A stretch of DNA of 64,000 bases, from assembly GCF_009914755.1 (NCBI RefSeq), contig NC_060933.1; one strand, given 5' to 3'. This document shows positions 17,492 to 33,214 of this stretch, in pieces. A program made the position numbers and the translations under genes. The notes under the pieces are model-generated. The model did no database searches. It saw nothing but the letters and a program-made list of their open reading frames with translations, and was not told the DNA's origin. Within the stretch, counting starts at the first letter, position 1, and the number at the start of each line of letters is the position of its first letter. The stretch comes from the human T2T-CHM13v2.0 reference genome, Homo sapiens.

Positions 17492-18975
17492 GGCATAGGG
17501 AATAGATGGTTTATTTTATTTTCCCTGTTGCTTTCCATAGCAAAGATCTGTTTCCCAAAATCCTGGCCTTGAGTACAATAGAAATGTTTCCTCTGTCTGC
17601 ACTCACCCTCCTAGAATGACTTTCACACATTTATTCCTGGGTCAAGAACTTCTGCAGTTTATGTCCATAGAATATGTTAGTTTCCTCACTAATTTTGAAT
17701 TCGTTGTGGTCACTTTTTGTGGTGTTGTGAAGAGTTATTTTTTTCCTCTTCCAACATACTGAGTCCCTTTCTTATTTTAAACTTTGTAAAAAATAGAAAT
17801 ACGTAACATGGGTACTATAAAAGTCTTCAAATGATTCAGAAATGTGTAATATAGAAAGTGAAAGTACTCTTCAATTTCCCCCTCTATTCCACTCCGGGAT
17901 AACTAGTCTTCACAGTTTCGTGTATATTCCCCCAACATTTTAATTTTTATTTTTAAAAAATGAGTCAAAAATTTAATTATGCGGTGTCTTTCAATGATAA
18001 TTGTTTTCCCTCCCACAAAGGCCAAATTGTTCTTTTTGTCTGAATTACAAAAGAATAAATGTAAAATACAAAAGTTTTAGAGCATAATAATGAAACTAAT
18101 ACCCATTAGCCTACCACTCATCATTATCCTTTAGTATAGTTTAGTAATGTACTCAGAAGTTTTTCTTAGATTTATCATGCTCCCTGAGTGACAGTGTTTT
18201 CCTTCATATGGGACTGGTGAATTGCAAGTGTAGGGACATAGTCTTTGGTTTCTTAGTTTTGCTGTCTGATATGTTAGGTACTCAGGGAGTGACGCTTGGT
18301 TGTTTGCCCCTGAGGGACCTCATCCCATCCAGGTTTTAGGGAAAGACAATTTAACCTTTAGAGGAAAAAAAACAATGATCATTGAATAAGAGTGTAATTT
18401 GCAGTATTTTCTGGAAGATGGCATCCTTTTTCTTTGGGTTGGAAATTTACTTTCTCCAGAGCTTGTAGATTGCTAGAAAGCTTCTGTAATTGTGACTACT
18501 AGACTCATATTCAGGCGATTGAGACATGAGTTTGGCAATAGCTAAAGCTTTGTTGGCTATATTGTAAGGTAATTTATAAGCATTAGAATGCTCAGGGGTA
18601 TCCCTAGTAGAAATGACATTGAAGCAGATGCCAGACAGAGAACTGTCATACTTTTCCTAATTTTTCCTGTGAAGCTTTGAGACTTCAGCATTACAGAAAA
18701 GAAATCCAGAGCCCTGAAGTACAAAGGAGCTTATCCATTATAGAGCTTTTCATTTTCTCCTTTGCAAAGGCTTTTATATTTTCTCGGGGGGTTCTTGTTC
18801 TTAGTGAGTAGCTATGTAAACCAGGGAGTATATTTGCAGAGGCTAGGAAAGAATTAATGGGAGAATGCAAAAACAATCAAAAGATCTGAATCACAACCTA
18901 GACTCAAGTCCGAAGAGGTAAATATACAAAGACAGCAACTTGAATATGTAATTTATAATTACATATTCACATTGT

Positions 18976-19068
18976 GTACACAGTAATACCATGGAAAGTA
19001 CCCTCAATGGGTACACAGTAATACCATGGAAAGTACCCTCAATGGGTACACAGTAATACCATGGAAAG
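18976..19068. repeat. 35-bp perfect tandem repeat x 2.7
   Basis: gtacacagtaataccatggaaagtaccctcaatgg at 18976 and 19011, partial copy at 19046. Confidence 0.95.
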
Positions 19069-20199
19069 AAGGAAAGTCCCGAGGTGGCAAAGGAATAAAT
19101 AAATGGTTAAGAATGGCATAAAGTTTGTTCAAGAAGGCTTTCCAGAAACATATGTTTAGAAATTACTTTTGAAAGAACTAATCGAGATGTGTTCATTGAA
19201 ATGAGAGATTGTTCACAGTAGTATAAATGAAAAGAATGAGGAGAGGATTACAAAGATGCAGGACACACTGGCTTAGAGTACAGTGATGTCATAGTTGTAC
19301 TTGCTAATCTGCCAGAGGAAATGAATCCTCTTGTTGTTGTTGGCCTTCAAAAAGCCAAGATGTACAGGGCTCGCCCAGTTTGGCAGATTCATTTCTTTGG
19401 GAGCCTTTTCTTTCTTTTACTCCAGATACGTAGAGTCCTCATTATCATCTATCACCTTCTCTCTGTTTAAATGTGTCGTAGAATTGAAAGTTTTGAGCCG
19501 CTTAAGATTTTGGTGGCTAAAATTTTGTTGCTGTGATGGAAGACCTGTTTCTGTGAACACTGGAAGCAGAAGAGCCTTATGATTACTTTTTACTTATTTA
19601 CCCAGGACCACATGCCCTGCAGGAAAATAGGATTGCATGACCAGCTGGCCTCCACTCTGCAGATTCATCCACTTCTTCAATGTCCTCTATTTCTCCTTCT
19701 CATTTTTAAAATCCCAGAAGGCATAGGTCCCCAGGTCATATACTTCTTTTGCCACCTTCTTCTACCTTTTTGCCACTTTTTTTTTTTTGTCTGAGCCTTC
19801 TATATTGGCTCTTGCATTAAAGCATCCTAATCATTCTGGAGTTCCATAGGTAGCTGATTCTTGTTTATCTTATAAGTAGGATATTTTCCCCATTTTATTT
19901 TATTTTTTGAAAGGAAACATGTGCATAAGGTACAAAATTCGATGTAAAAATGTATGCTATGAAAAACAGCTTTTTTTCTGTACCCTGTCCTTTAGCCATA
20001 CAGTTTCTACCCAGAGGTAACCACTACTGCCATTTACTGTGGATTTCTCTAGAAAGAGTTTATGCATTCACAAACATATAAATATATATTCCCCCACCCC
20101 CATGAATGGTAGTATGCTATGAACTGTGTTTAGTGTCTTGCTTTTTATCATATAATATGTATGACTACATGTAGGGAACAGGTTCATAATAATGGACAT

Positions 20200-20740
20200 T
20201 TTAAAAATTGAGGTGAAACTCATGTAGCATAAAATAAACCATTTTAAATATATAATTTAGTGACATTTAGTACATTCATAAATTGTAGAACCATTACCTG
20301 TCTAGTTCCAAAACATTTTTATCCCCCTCAAAGGAGACCTCATACCCATTAAACGGTCACTCTCCATTCTCTCCACCCCTCACCGCTGGCAACCACTGAT
20401 CTACTTTCTGTCTCTATGGATTTACCCATTCTCGATATTTCACATAAATGGAATCATATAGTATTAGGCCTTTTGTGACTGGTTTATTTAGCAGCATAAT
20501 GTTTTTGAGGTGCATTCACCATTGTGGCATGTATCAGTCCTTTATCCCATCTTATGGCTGAATACTAATTCATTGTACAGATATACCATATTTTGTTTAT
20601 CCATTCATAGTTGATGAAATATGTTTTTTTTTAAACCACTTTTGGCTATTGTGAATAGTGCTGCTATGAACAACAGTGTACAAGTATTTGAATAGCTGTT
20701 TTCAGTTCTTTTGGGTATATACTAGGATTAGAATGGCTAT
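20200..20740 (-). mobile_element. L1 (L1MB-like) 3' fragment
   Basis: ggcaaccactgatctactttctgtctctatggatttacc...tttcacataaatggaatcata. Confidence 0.8.
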
Positions 20741-22174
20741 TAATGTACATTTAAGTTGCTTCCAGTATTTGCAGTTACAATACTGAAATTGATATTTTAT
20801 ATACATAATTTTATACATGTGTGAATATATCTGTTGGATGAATAGCTAAAAGTGCGATTGCTGGGCCAAAGCATTGTACATTTAACAATGCATTTGAATT
20901 TTGAAATATGTTACAGAATTGCCCACTATGGAGGCTGTACTATTTATATTCCCACTTACAAAGTATGAGAGTGCTTCATCTTTCCTTAGCTTTTAGGAAT
21001 AGTCACCCTTCCTACAAAATTATATTGCAGAGATGGCACACTGAGGATAGCCATAGGCAAACAGTTCCTGTGCCATGATTCACTGAGTCTCCTTTCTGCT
21101 TGCCTGCTTATCCTGTCTTTTTCTCCTCTACCATCTGGGCCGTCTGATTTTCTGATTCCCCAAAAAGAGGTCTTGATAACTGGGCCTTTTGTTTAGTGTC
21201 CTGGTCAAAGTTCTTCCTCTGGTTTAACTTCTGTCTTTCTGCTTACATGTTAATTTTGGGTAATCCTTTGATTTCATTTTCAATAATAATATTGTGGAAG
21301 TAGAGAGGAAAGTGCTGAGGTGACAGAAGAAGAAGCAAATGGTTGAGAATGGTATAAAGTTTGTTCAGGAAGGCATTCTAGAAAAGATGAGTTTCGAGAT
21401 GACTTTTGAAGAAGTTATTTGCAATGTAAAGTTTGAAAGGAGAGATTATTCCTAGTAGGATAAATGAAAAGTAGGAAGAAAGGGTTCAAAAGGTAACATA
21501 CTCCATCTCACCCCACTCCCCATGTCCTGGTCAAGGTATCTCTTACTGGCTGGAACATTCTTTTTCCTATTACCTTATCCCATTGGGGAGTGGGAAGTAA
21601 AGGATCAGACAGGGTATAGCTTCTGGTACCTCCAGTCTAGGACTAAGACTCTGAGAGACACGAAAATATACTAGTTATGGACTCCTTAGAGTGAGTGCAC
21701 AGGGAGTATTATTTTAGTGGTAAGGCAGTGCAATGGGTCTAGGACTGTCAGTAAGGGTGGGTGATGAGTTTTACACTAGATATGTGGTATCAGTGGAAGC
21801 AGCTGATATTGATGCTAATTATAGGTGCTGGCAAACTAAAAAGAAAAGAGAGAAACTATTACAATATGGTTTGGCTGATAAAAATAATGTTAATTGTAGT
21901 CTTCTGACTCATTTATTTATTTCTATCCTGGCTTCCTCTAAAAAGAAATTTGAGGTGGTTAATTGCAGTCATTACATCAACTTATTATAATTTATGTTCA
22001 GTTACAATTATACACAATTAACCATGTTAAAAATGTCAGATTAATGTATCAAAGTTTCATTTGCTAGCAACACTTAGGTGTCTATGCTGAGTACAGTGTG
22101 TGTTGTATATGCATAAAGGTCAGTTATTACCATAAAAGCGTGGTCATCTGATGGCTTCTTGTTATAGGTTTCAT

Positions 22175-22865
<691 letters not shown>

Positions 22866-23614
22866 TTATAGTATAGAATAGTTACGCTGCCCTAAAAATC
22901 TTCTGTAGTTTACCTATTCATTTCTACCTCTCCCCAGATCCTTGGCATAAATTGAGTCTTAAAGGATGAGTAGCAGACAGTTAAGTGAAGAAGGAGAAAA
23001 GAGTTCATAGTACAAGGACACTAAGATGAAAAAGCATGACTTAAGGTACCTTGGGGTACTGCAAGTTGAAAATTCTTGATGGCTTCGGTGGAGGGAATAA
23101 GAAGAGTGGGGAAGGGTCAGATGAGGCCAGAGAGACACAGAGAACTCATATCACAAAGGGCTTGAATGCCATAGCAAGCTGTTTATATTTTATCTTGAAG
23201 GCAAGGGGGAACCTTTGATGACTTTATGCAGAGGAATGAAACAATTAGATAGCAGTGATTATAGTGATGTGAGCAGTTTGCTGCATTAAAAATCTTTTTA
23301 ATGGTAGAATATAACACAGATATATAGACAACTTTATAAAACAAATGTTTAAATGTATTAGTATAAGGTAGGTAAAAGATAGACCTTTGCCAACCACCCC
23401 AGAAAGCCTCCATATGCCTCTTCCCAATCACAACCCCCTCTTCCCTAAAAGTACCTACTATCCCAACTTTTATAATAATTACTCTCTTCTTGTTCTTTAT
23501 ATGTTGTCACCCAAGTATGTATCTTTAAACACTAGAGTTTGTTTTTGCTTGTTTTCTTGTTTTCTCTTTTTGATATGTCTTACAATTTTTTTTGTTTGTT
23601 TTGTTTTGTTTTGT

Positions 23615-23900
23615 TTTTGGGATAGTCTCACTCTGTCACCCAGGCTGGAGTGCAGTGGCTGTGATCTCGGCTCACTGCAACCTCTGCCTCCTGGGATCAA
23701 GAGATTCTCCTGCTTTAGCCTCCTGAGTAGCTAGGACTACAGGCACATGCCACCACACCCGGATAATTTTTTTTGTATTTTTAGTAGAGATGGGATTTCA
23801 CCATGTTGGCCAGGCTGGTCTCGAACTCCTGACCTCAGGTGATCTGCCTGCCTCAGTCTCCCAAAGTGATGGGATTACAGGTGTGAGCCACCATGCCTGA
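23615..23900 (-). mobile_element. Alu
   Basis: Reverse Alu consensus. Confidence 0.9.
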
Positions 23901-25024
23901 TCATGTCTTACAATTATTTTTTATTCTATGGGTTCCCCCTCCGTCTCTTGCTTTTTTTTCCTTACAATTTGTTTATTGAAGAAATCAGGCCATTTGACTA
24001 TATGGTTTTGTTTGACTTACAGAGTTTTTTACATTCCCGATTTTGCTCAAAACATTCCTATAAGTTTAGCTTAACACACTCTTCTGTCCTTTGTATTTCC
24101 TGTAAATTGTAGTTGCACATTGAAGATTGATGATATTGATGCCAGGCATATTCCATAGTTTGAGTATACTATAATTTAAAATTTTTTCCCCAATTTGTAG
24201 ACATTTGGATTGTTCCCCAGTTTTTGCTGCTAAAACACAATACTATAGTGAGCAACTTTATACACTTTTTTTTGTAAACATGTTCAAATGAATCTCCCAT
24301 CCTCTATTACACAGTATGTATTTTTCCTCTATGGCACTTTCTCAGTTTGTATGATTATTTGATTAATATTTGTTCCCTTCTTTAGGCCATACATTTCATG
24401 AGTATACCCATTGTTCATAGGTATTTTCCTTTGATTTATTAATATGCTTATCTGTGTATCCATAGTACCTTTGCCCAATAAATATTAGTTGAATAAATGC
24501 ATTTCTATAAGTGGAATCATTGGGTTAAAGAATATATATATTTATAATTTTGTTAGACACTATCAAATTGTATAAAAATATTTTACCTATTTATATTTCT
24601 GCTGCTGGTACTTATTTTCACATTTAGCCTCACTGGCCCACTCAACAACACCGTGCCCCCCACCCACCTCTTCACCCCCTCTCCTCTTTTCCTTTTGTTA
24701 CTTTCTTCTACAAACATTTTTTTGACACTTACATTCCAGGTTTTGTTCTAGGTGTTTAGGATATATCAGAGAGCAAAACAAAGATCCTGGGTGGGAAGAA
24801 ATAGACAATTAACATAATAAGGAAATAATATAGGATGTTAGAGAGTGAACCAATAAAAGAGTGAAAGGCAGTTGGTAATGCTAGAATTGGAGTTGAGTTG
24901 CAATTTTAAATAAAATTCTGAGTATTGGCCACATGAGAAGGTGACATTTCAATAGAGTTGAAATAGGTGAGGGAATTAACGTGGCTCTCTGGGGAAAGAG
25001 TGTGATAGGCAGCGTGAACAGCTA

Positions 25025-25549
<525 letters not shown>

Positions 25550-26582
25550 TCAAAATGCATTAATAGTACTTAACCAATTCATGGATATTTTTCTTTGACT
25601 TATTAATATAATGAATGCATTAATCAGTTTCTATTAATAAATCATCTTTGCCTTTCTAAAATATAACCTACTTGGTTATGGTGAATTATTCTTTTACTAT
25701 AATGCTAGGCTTGATTTGCTTGTATTTCATTTTGGATTTTTCTATCTATATCACAAGTAACGTTGGTGAATAGTTTTTTGTTATTCTCCTATGTTAGATT
25801 TGAAGTGTTTTCCTTAATTATAGGTTCTTTACTACTGTCTTCCGTAGAAAGAGAAGTTCTACAGTACTTACCGAATCAACTGTCTAGAAAAAGGGAAGAG
25901 AATAATTTCTAGTGTTTGAGTTTATGGTCCTTATGAGATACCTGGTAATTACTACAATTTAGTAGTTGATAGGTGAGTTCCTGTCATTGCCTAGACAGAT
26001 GGCTGTTCACATGGAGTCTGGGGCTTAAGTATTCCATCATTTTAATGTCATGGAAACATTAGCCAGTACTGGACTACTAATGGGTGGTGTAACAGTTGCC
26101 TGGGGGTGTTTTGTTTGATAATTGTAGACCTTACTTTTTAATGTGACTATTTCTGATTTCTTACATTTTCCACTAGAAACAAGATAAAATGTGCAGAAGA
26201 AGCAGCCTGTGAGTGTGTTGCTGTAGCCTAGTCAGCCAGCCTAGGGGATGGGGATAAGTGCAGAGGTTTACCTTCTAGGAAAGAGGATGTACTTTCGTCT
26301 TAGAACTGCTAGAATTTTTTCACTGTATGATGACATTGAACTTTTCTTCAGGCTCAGTAGGATAGTGGGTCTGGCTGCCTTCTTCCTCCATTAGCACAGG
26401 AGTATTATTCTTCTGTCTGGGAGACTGTGGCTTTTTCATATAGGAAATTCTATAGCTGTGTTTTTCGCAATGTAATTCAAGAATCATTGGCATGAGAGTC
26501 ACCAAGTTTCTTGTTGAAAAGCCCTTTGAATTAGAATCTCTGTGAGTAGAGTTTAAAATTTACATTCTAAACAAGAGCCTCA

Positions 26583-26875
<293 letters not shown>

Positions 26876-27203
26876 AAATTTTTAAAAAGTCCAGTCAAAT
26901 ATCTGTAATAATTCAGAATAATTCTGTAATCTCTAATAATTCATAAGGTAATAAGTTTCTTGATAAGGATAGTTAAATCTTCAAGGAAAGCACAAAAGGA
27001 AGGAGATTTCAGCAGAATTAACTACTAAGTTTGTTGACTGATTGGACATGGGAAATAAAGAGGAATTTTAAGAATGGTCCTGTGGTTTCTGATTTCAAAG
27101 TATTGGGAGTTTGGTGGTTTTGGACATGAGGTGTACTTGCTATACTCCCGTATTTCTAGAGAATTTTTAACACTGTAAATACAATGCCATTACCACTGGG
27201 GGC

Positions 27204-28150
<947 letters not shown>

Positions 28151-28253
28151 CCTGCCTCAGCCTCCCATGTAGCTGGGACCACAAGCCTGCACCACCATGC
28201 CCAGCTAACTTTTTGGTTTTGCCTGTTTTTGAACTTGTTATAAGTTATCATAA

Positions 28254-28598
<345 letters not shown>

Positions 28599-30140
28599 TT
28601 CACTGTGCATTCTCGCTAACAATGTACAAGAGTTCCAGTTGCTCCACAGCCTCACTGACGCTTTGGATTGTCAATTGTTCCTCTTCCTCCTCCTCCTTCT
28701 CTTCCTCTTTTTCTTCTTCTTTTTAAAATTTCTGTCTGCTTTTTAAATGTGATTGTTCCTTAGGGTTCCCCCACTTCATATAGTCTTTTTTTCTTGGCCT
28801 GCACTCTGCCTTAGTGTTTTTATTTACTTGCATTTTTATTTATACTCATTTGTAAATATTGGTTGAACTTTTACATTGTGCCATGCATTATCAGGTGCTG
28901 AGGATACAGCAAAAGAACAAAGCAGAAAAATCCCTGCCCTTATTGGAACATATAGTCTGAAAACTTCCAAGTCTGTTCCACATCTCTTTCCTGAGCTCCA
29001 CACCCGTATATCTGGCTGTCTACTGGCCATGTTCATTTGAGATGTTCCATAGATATCTCAGAGTCAATATACCTAACCCTGAATTAATCATCTTCTTCAG
29101 CCTGCCCCCATGTTGTATTTTTTTCTCGGTGAATGATGTCACATTCATCCAGTAGCTCAAGCTAAAAACCTAAGCAATATTATTTAATCCTCCTTTCCAC
29201 ATTTTATTTACTCATTAAATGCTATTGATTTTCCCTCCAGAATATCTTATGAATCTATCCCCTTCTCTCTACCCACTCTGCCACTTCCCTAGTCCAGGCT
29301 ATCAACAGATGAGTGCACCATTCTCCTTACGAGCCTCCCTGACACCTCCTCCCTATGAATCACCAGTCCTTTCTACCCAACCAACCACCATTGGCCACAC
29401 TGTTCCACTGTTCTCTTTCTAAAATGCCAAATCTGATCCTGTCTTTCCCCTCTTAAAAGCTCTGATAGCTCTGTGTTGCCCTCCAGGTAATTCCAAATCC
29501 TTAATATTACTTGATTTCTAAACATTACCTAAGACCCATAGTCATTAGGTTCTTTCATAACTCTGTAGCCTCTCACTCTAGATATTCTGGAACTATTTTC
29601 AGCTCACTGAACATGCCTTTGCATGCATAATTTCCTTTTCCTGGGACATTTTCCCCTTCCTTTTCTCAGTACTAATGCCTAGCAAAACCTAACTATCCTC
29701 AGTAATTGTTCTGCTGGCTAGTTATGTGTTTTAATGCATTTTTGGGATAGGGAAGGAAACTTGCTTATTTAAACCGGTGTAATTTATCTTATGACGGTTC
29801 TGAGCTAAAGTGGTGAGAATATGGAGCTGGCTTGTCAGAGAACATGACTTGTTTTTTCATGCGTTAGAGATGGGCCCAGTAGATGGGATCAGATTATTCA
29901 TTCAATTTATTAGTACAGTAGATATTTACTGAGAACTTTTATGTATAAGAAACTGCTGTGGGGTGCTCAAAGATGAGGGGCAGTGTCCTGCCCAGAAAGG
30001 CTTCTTTGGGCTCACAATTGTGGTGAGAAACAGCATTGTCACTTGCCTGGAGCAATCTAAGTTGATAGACATATTCTGAGGTTCTATGTGATTTTTTTTT
30101 CCATTTTCTTTTTAAAAGAAATGAAGTAATTACCCTCTAG

Positions 30141-30158
30141 CAGTTGCTATGGCAACTG
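30141..30158. promoter_or_regulatory. RFX X-box motif (candidate enhancer site)
   Basis: CAGTTGCTATGGCAACTG; core GTTGCTATGGCAAC is one mismatch from the palindrome GTTGCCATGGCAAC, in apparently unique sequence. Confidence 0.55.
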
Positions 30159-30807
30159 TTCTACAGGAGAGTTTTTTTTTTGCCTCCCCTCCCCCCATGG
30201 TTAGAAAGTGAAATAAATTATTACAATTTTAAAATGGCACACTAAGCCAACATATCCTTTCTGAGAGGTGAGAAGAAGAGACATAGGTGGTCGGAATAAA
30301 GTAAGTGCCTAGGAAGAAAATTGGCTGTCAGGGTATCACTAAATTAAAGTCTGTGATTGATTAGTAGTCCCGTATGCCCAGGATTGAGGATTAGCTCAAG
30401 TACTGAAAACAGCCTGGGTTGGCATCATATGATGTTCCTAGAATTTCGAGTCTTACTGTAGACTTTCAAGGGAGTCACACACTCAGAACCAGTTTGTGGG
30501 CCTTGTGGACCCCACATTGAAGATTCCTTAGCAGACCTTGGGACTGTCAGAGGGTGCAATTCTAGGAGTTGTGTCTTTTTTTCTGCTTCTTATTTATTAG
30601 GACTCTGTAAGGCAAGCAAAAACCTGGTAACGTGACAAAATAACAACAAATGCTAGTTGCTCACCATCTTCCAGGGACTGTGCCTAGCATTTTACATATT
30701 TTTTCCTGTATAATCTTTACAGTAACCCAGTGACACTTGTGTTATTGTTATTCTCATATTACAGATGAGGAAATATCTGTAATAACTTTCTCAAGATCAT
30801 ATAGCTA

Positions 30808-31152
<345 letters not shown>

Positions 31153-31436
31153 ACCCATATTCTTAATTATGAAGCTATTTACTTCTTGTTTCTTGAGATT
31201 AAAGGCCTATTTTTAATGATTTCTTTATCACAATTAGTTTCTTGAAATTCAATTTGGGTGTGGGATAGGACTTAATTAATAGTGGATTTTTGATTTTGAA
31301 AAATGAATAAAAAATATTTTCAATTTTCTCCTGTCCTTCAAAGCTTCTGTGTTTTAGTGGATTTTATTAAAAATTTATAGGTAATTCAGAAGAAGTGGCT
31401 CTCTTTAAGGACCCAATAGGCTAGAGTGGTTTATTA

Positions 31437-31955
31437 CATATTGTTTTAAGCCCCTGTCTGATCTAGGTCTCTCTCAGAACACCATCATTTAGGAGCTCAT
31501 ATGTCTTTCCTTTGTCAAAATAAGAAAAATTAGATCTCTGTCTCTAAGAAACCCTTCCTTGTCTCTGCGTTCACCAAACCTGAGCCTATCACAATAAATC
31601 TATGAGAAGCTAAGCCCTGATACCATGGGTAAGGGAGTCTGGGAGCTTAATTAGAAGATTAATTTCTTAAGAGATAAACATTGCCATTCTTTGACCTTTT
31701 AACTTTCAGTAGAGAACAGCAAAATTGACTATCTTCGCTCCCAGACAAGGGAATTACTCCCTTACCCATGGTATCAGGGCTTAGCTTCTCATAGATTTAT
31801 TGTGATGGGCTCAGGTTTGGTGAACACAGAGATAAGGAAGGGTTTCTTAGAGACAGAGATCTAATTTTTCTTATTTTGACAAAGGAAAGACATGAGCTCC
31901 TAAATGATGGTGTTCTGAGAGAGACCTAGACCAGAAGGGGGCTTAAAACAATATG
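31437..31955. repeat. Long inverted repeat: arms 31437-31638 and 31756-31955, 117-bp spacer
   Basis: Arms are reverse complements with ~6 mismatches and one 2-bp indel by eye. Confidence 0.95.
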
Positions 31956-32233
31956 GAAGAAGTAATTTTTTGTTGTTGTTGTTCTGTGGGTTTTTTGGGT
32001 TGTTGTTAGTCTCTCTCTATAGTGAAAGGCAGAGAACAAGAATACTTTGTAGATTTGTCTCACATTTGGTAGAAGGCAGAAACTCTATGTTATGTAAAGT
32101 TAGTAGAATACAAGTGAGGTAGGCTTAAGTAAGGTAAGGCACATAATAATTGCTGAGATGGGGAAATGACTTTTGAATTCCTTCAAAAAAGTATTTTCAA
32201 AAATTATCTGCTGCTTCTTTGTGGTTTTCTTAG

Positions 32234-32269
32234 GTCACTGGACCTATTTGGGCTGGGGAGAACAACAGA
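32234..32269 (+). CDS. UNC13B: UNC13B 36-nt alternative microexon ((C)[11 protein letters not shown](T)), phase 1-1
   Basis: ttttcttag| acceptor and A|gtacgt donor; symmetric and frame-preserving. Gives [23 protein letters not shown], similar to the recalled UNC13A segment CNWNYFGWGEQH and rodent ubMunc13-2. Confidence 0.8.
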
Positions 32270-33085
32270 GTACGTAAGAATTGAAATTCCTTATCATTTT
32301 CTTGATCTTACCCACAAAGTACATACTCCCTCTGAACTGTGAAGCTGGATATTCATGCATAGACTTCCATTTCCCTCTCCTCTCCTACTTAAATATCGGG
32401 AGACAATGACCTGTGGTGGAATGTTATATCCTTTCAGGCTGGTTTCTTGACGACTTTGTGTGTGTTTATGTGTGTTACAAATTTCAAACCAAAGTCCCAG
32501 TCATAATCCTGACAAGATCTCCTAATTTTTATTCCCCAGAGGCAAGTAGTAGCATCAGCCCCCTAGTGTGGCCTTCTCCTTTGGTCCCTTTGGCTAAGGA
32601 GTGCAGTGACCAGAAGGAGAAGGTTCATTCTAGGATGAACTAGAGTCAAGGTGATTGGTGTGCATTCTGATTTGGCTGATTTTCTTGACTAGGAGGATAT
32701 GCAGAACAGACTGCTGTCTTGGGTTTATTGGTCTAGCAAATTGTGAATGCCATTTCAGCCAAAAACCTGCTTTTGTTAAGGAAACAAGAGGCTGAGGACA
32801 TGGCTTGGCTTTCCCTGAAGCAGCCCAGCTAAGGCCACCTTTGTTCTAGAGCTTAGAGAGTGGGCAGCCAGTTCTTTGTGGCAAAACATGTAGCCCTAGG
32901 CTGACATTACTGGTTGTGTTACCCATCTTACAGGATCTGGTTGAGTCTCAGTGATTAGGTATCCAGTAGGTACTAAGACGGGCCAAAGTTTGTCCTGTCA
33001 CTGGAATTTCTCATGAAGTCTGTGCTTTCTGTGATTTGAATCCTGAGTACTTCTGCTATTAGGAAAGTACTCAAAAGCAGCTTGA

Positions 33086-33214
33086 CCCATTTATGCCTAG
33101 TGTTCCATTATTGGAACTCTAAGCATGTGGGAGTTATTTATATCCTACTGCTCAAGGTCATCGCCAAGCAGTAGGTGACCTCAAGCATAAATTGCAACCT
33201 CAGGCATAAATGGG
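33086..33214 (+). mobile_element. MER85 piggyBac-derived MITE
   Basis: TIRs cccatttatgcct / aggcataaatggg, flanks TTGA / TTAA, internal palindrome GTTCCATTATTGGAAC. Confidence 0.9.

Noticed and set aside
18976-19068. CRISPR-like 35-bp repeat
   Set aside because: Head-to-tail copies without spacers in eukaryotic DNA; a minisatellite.
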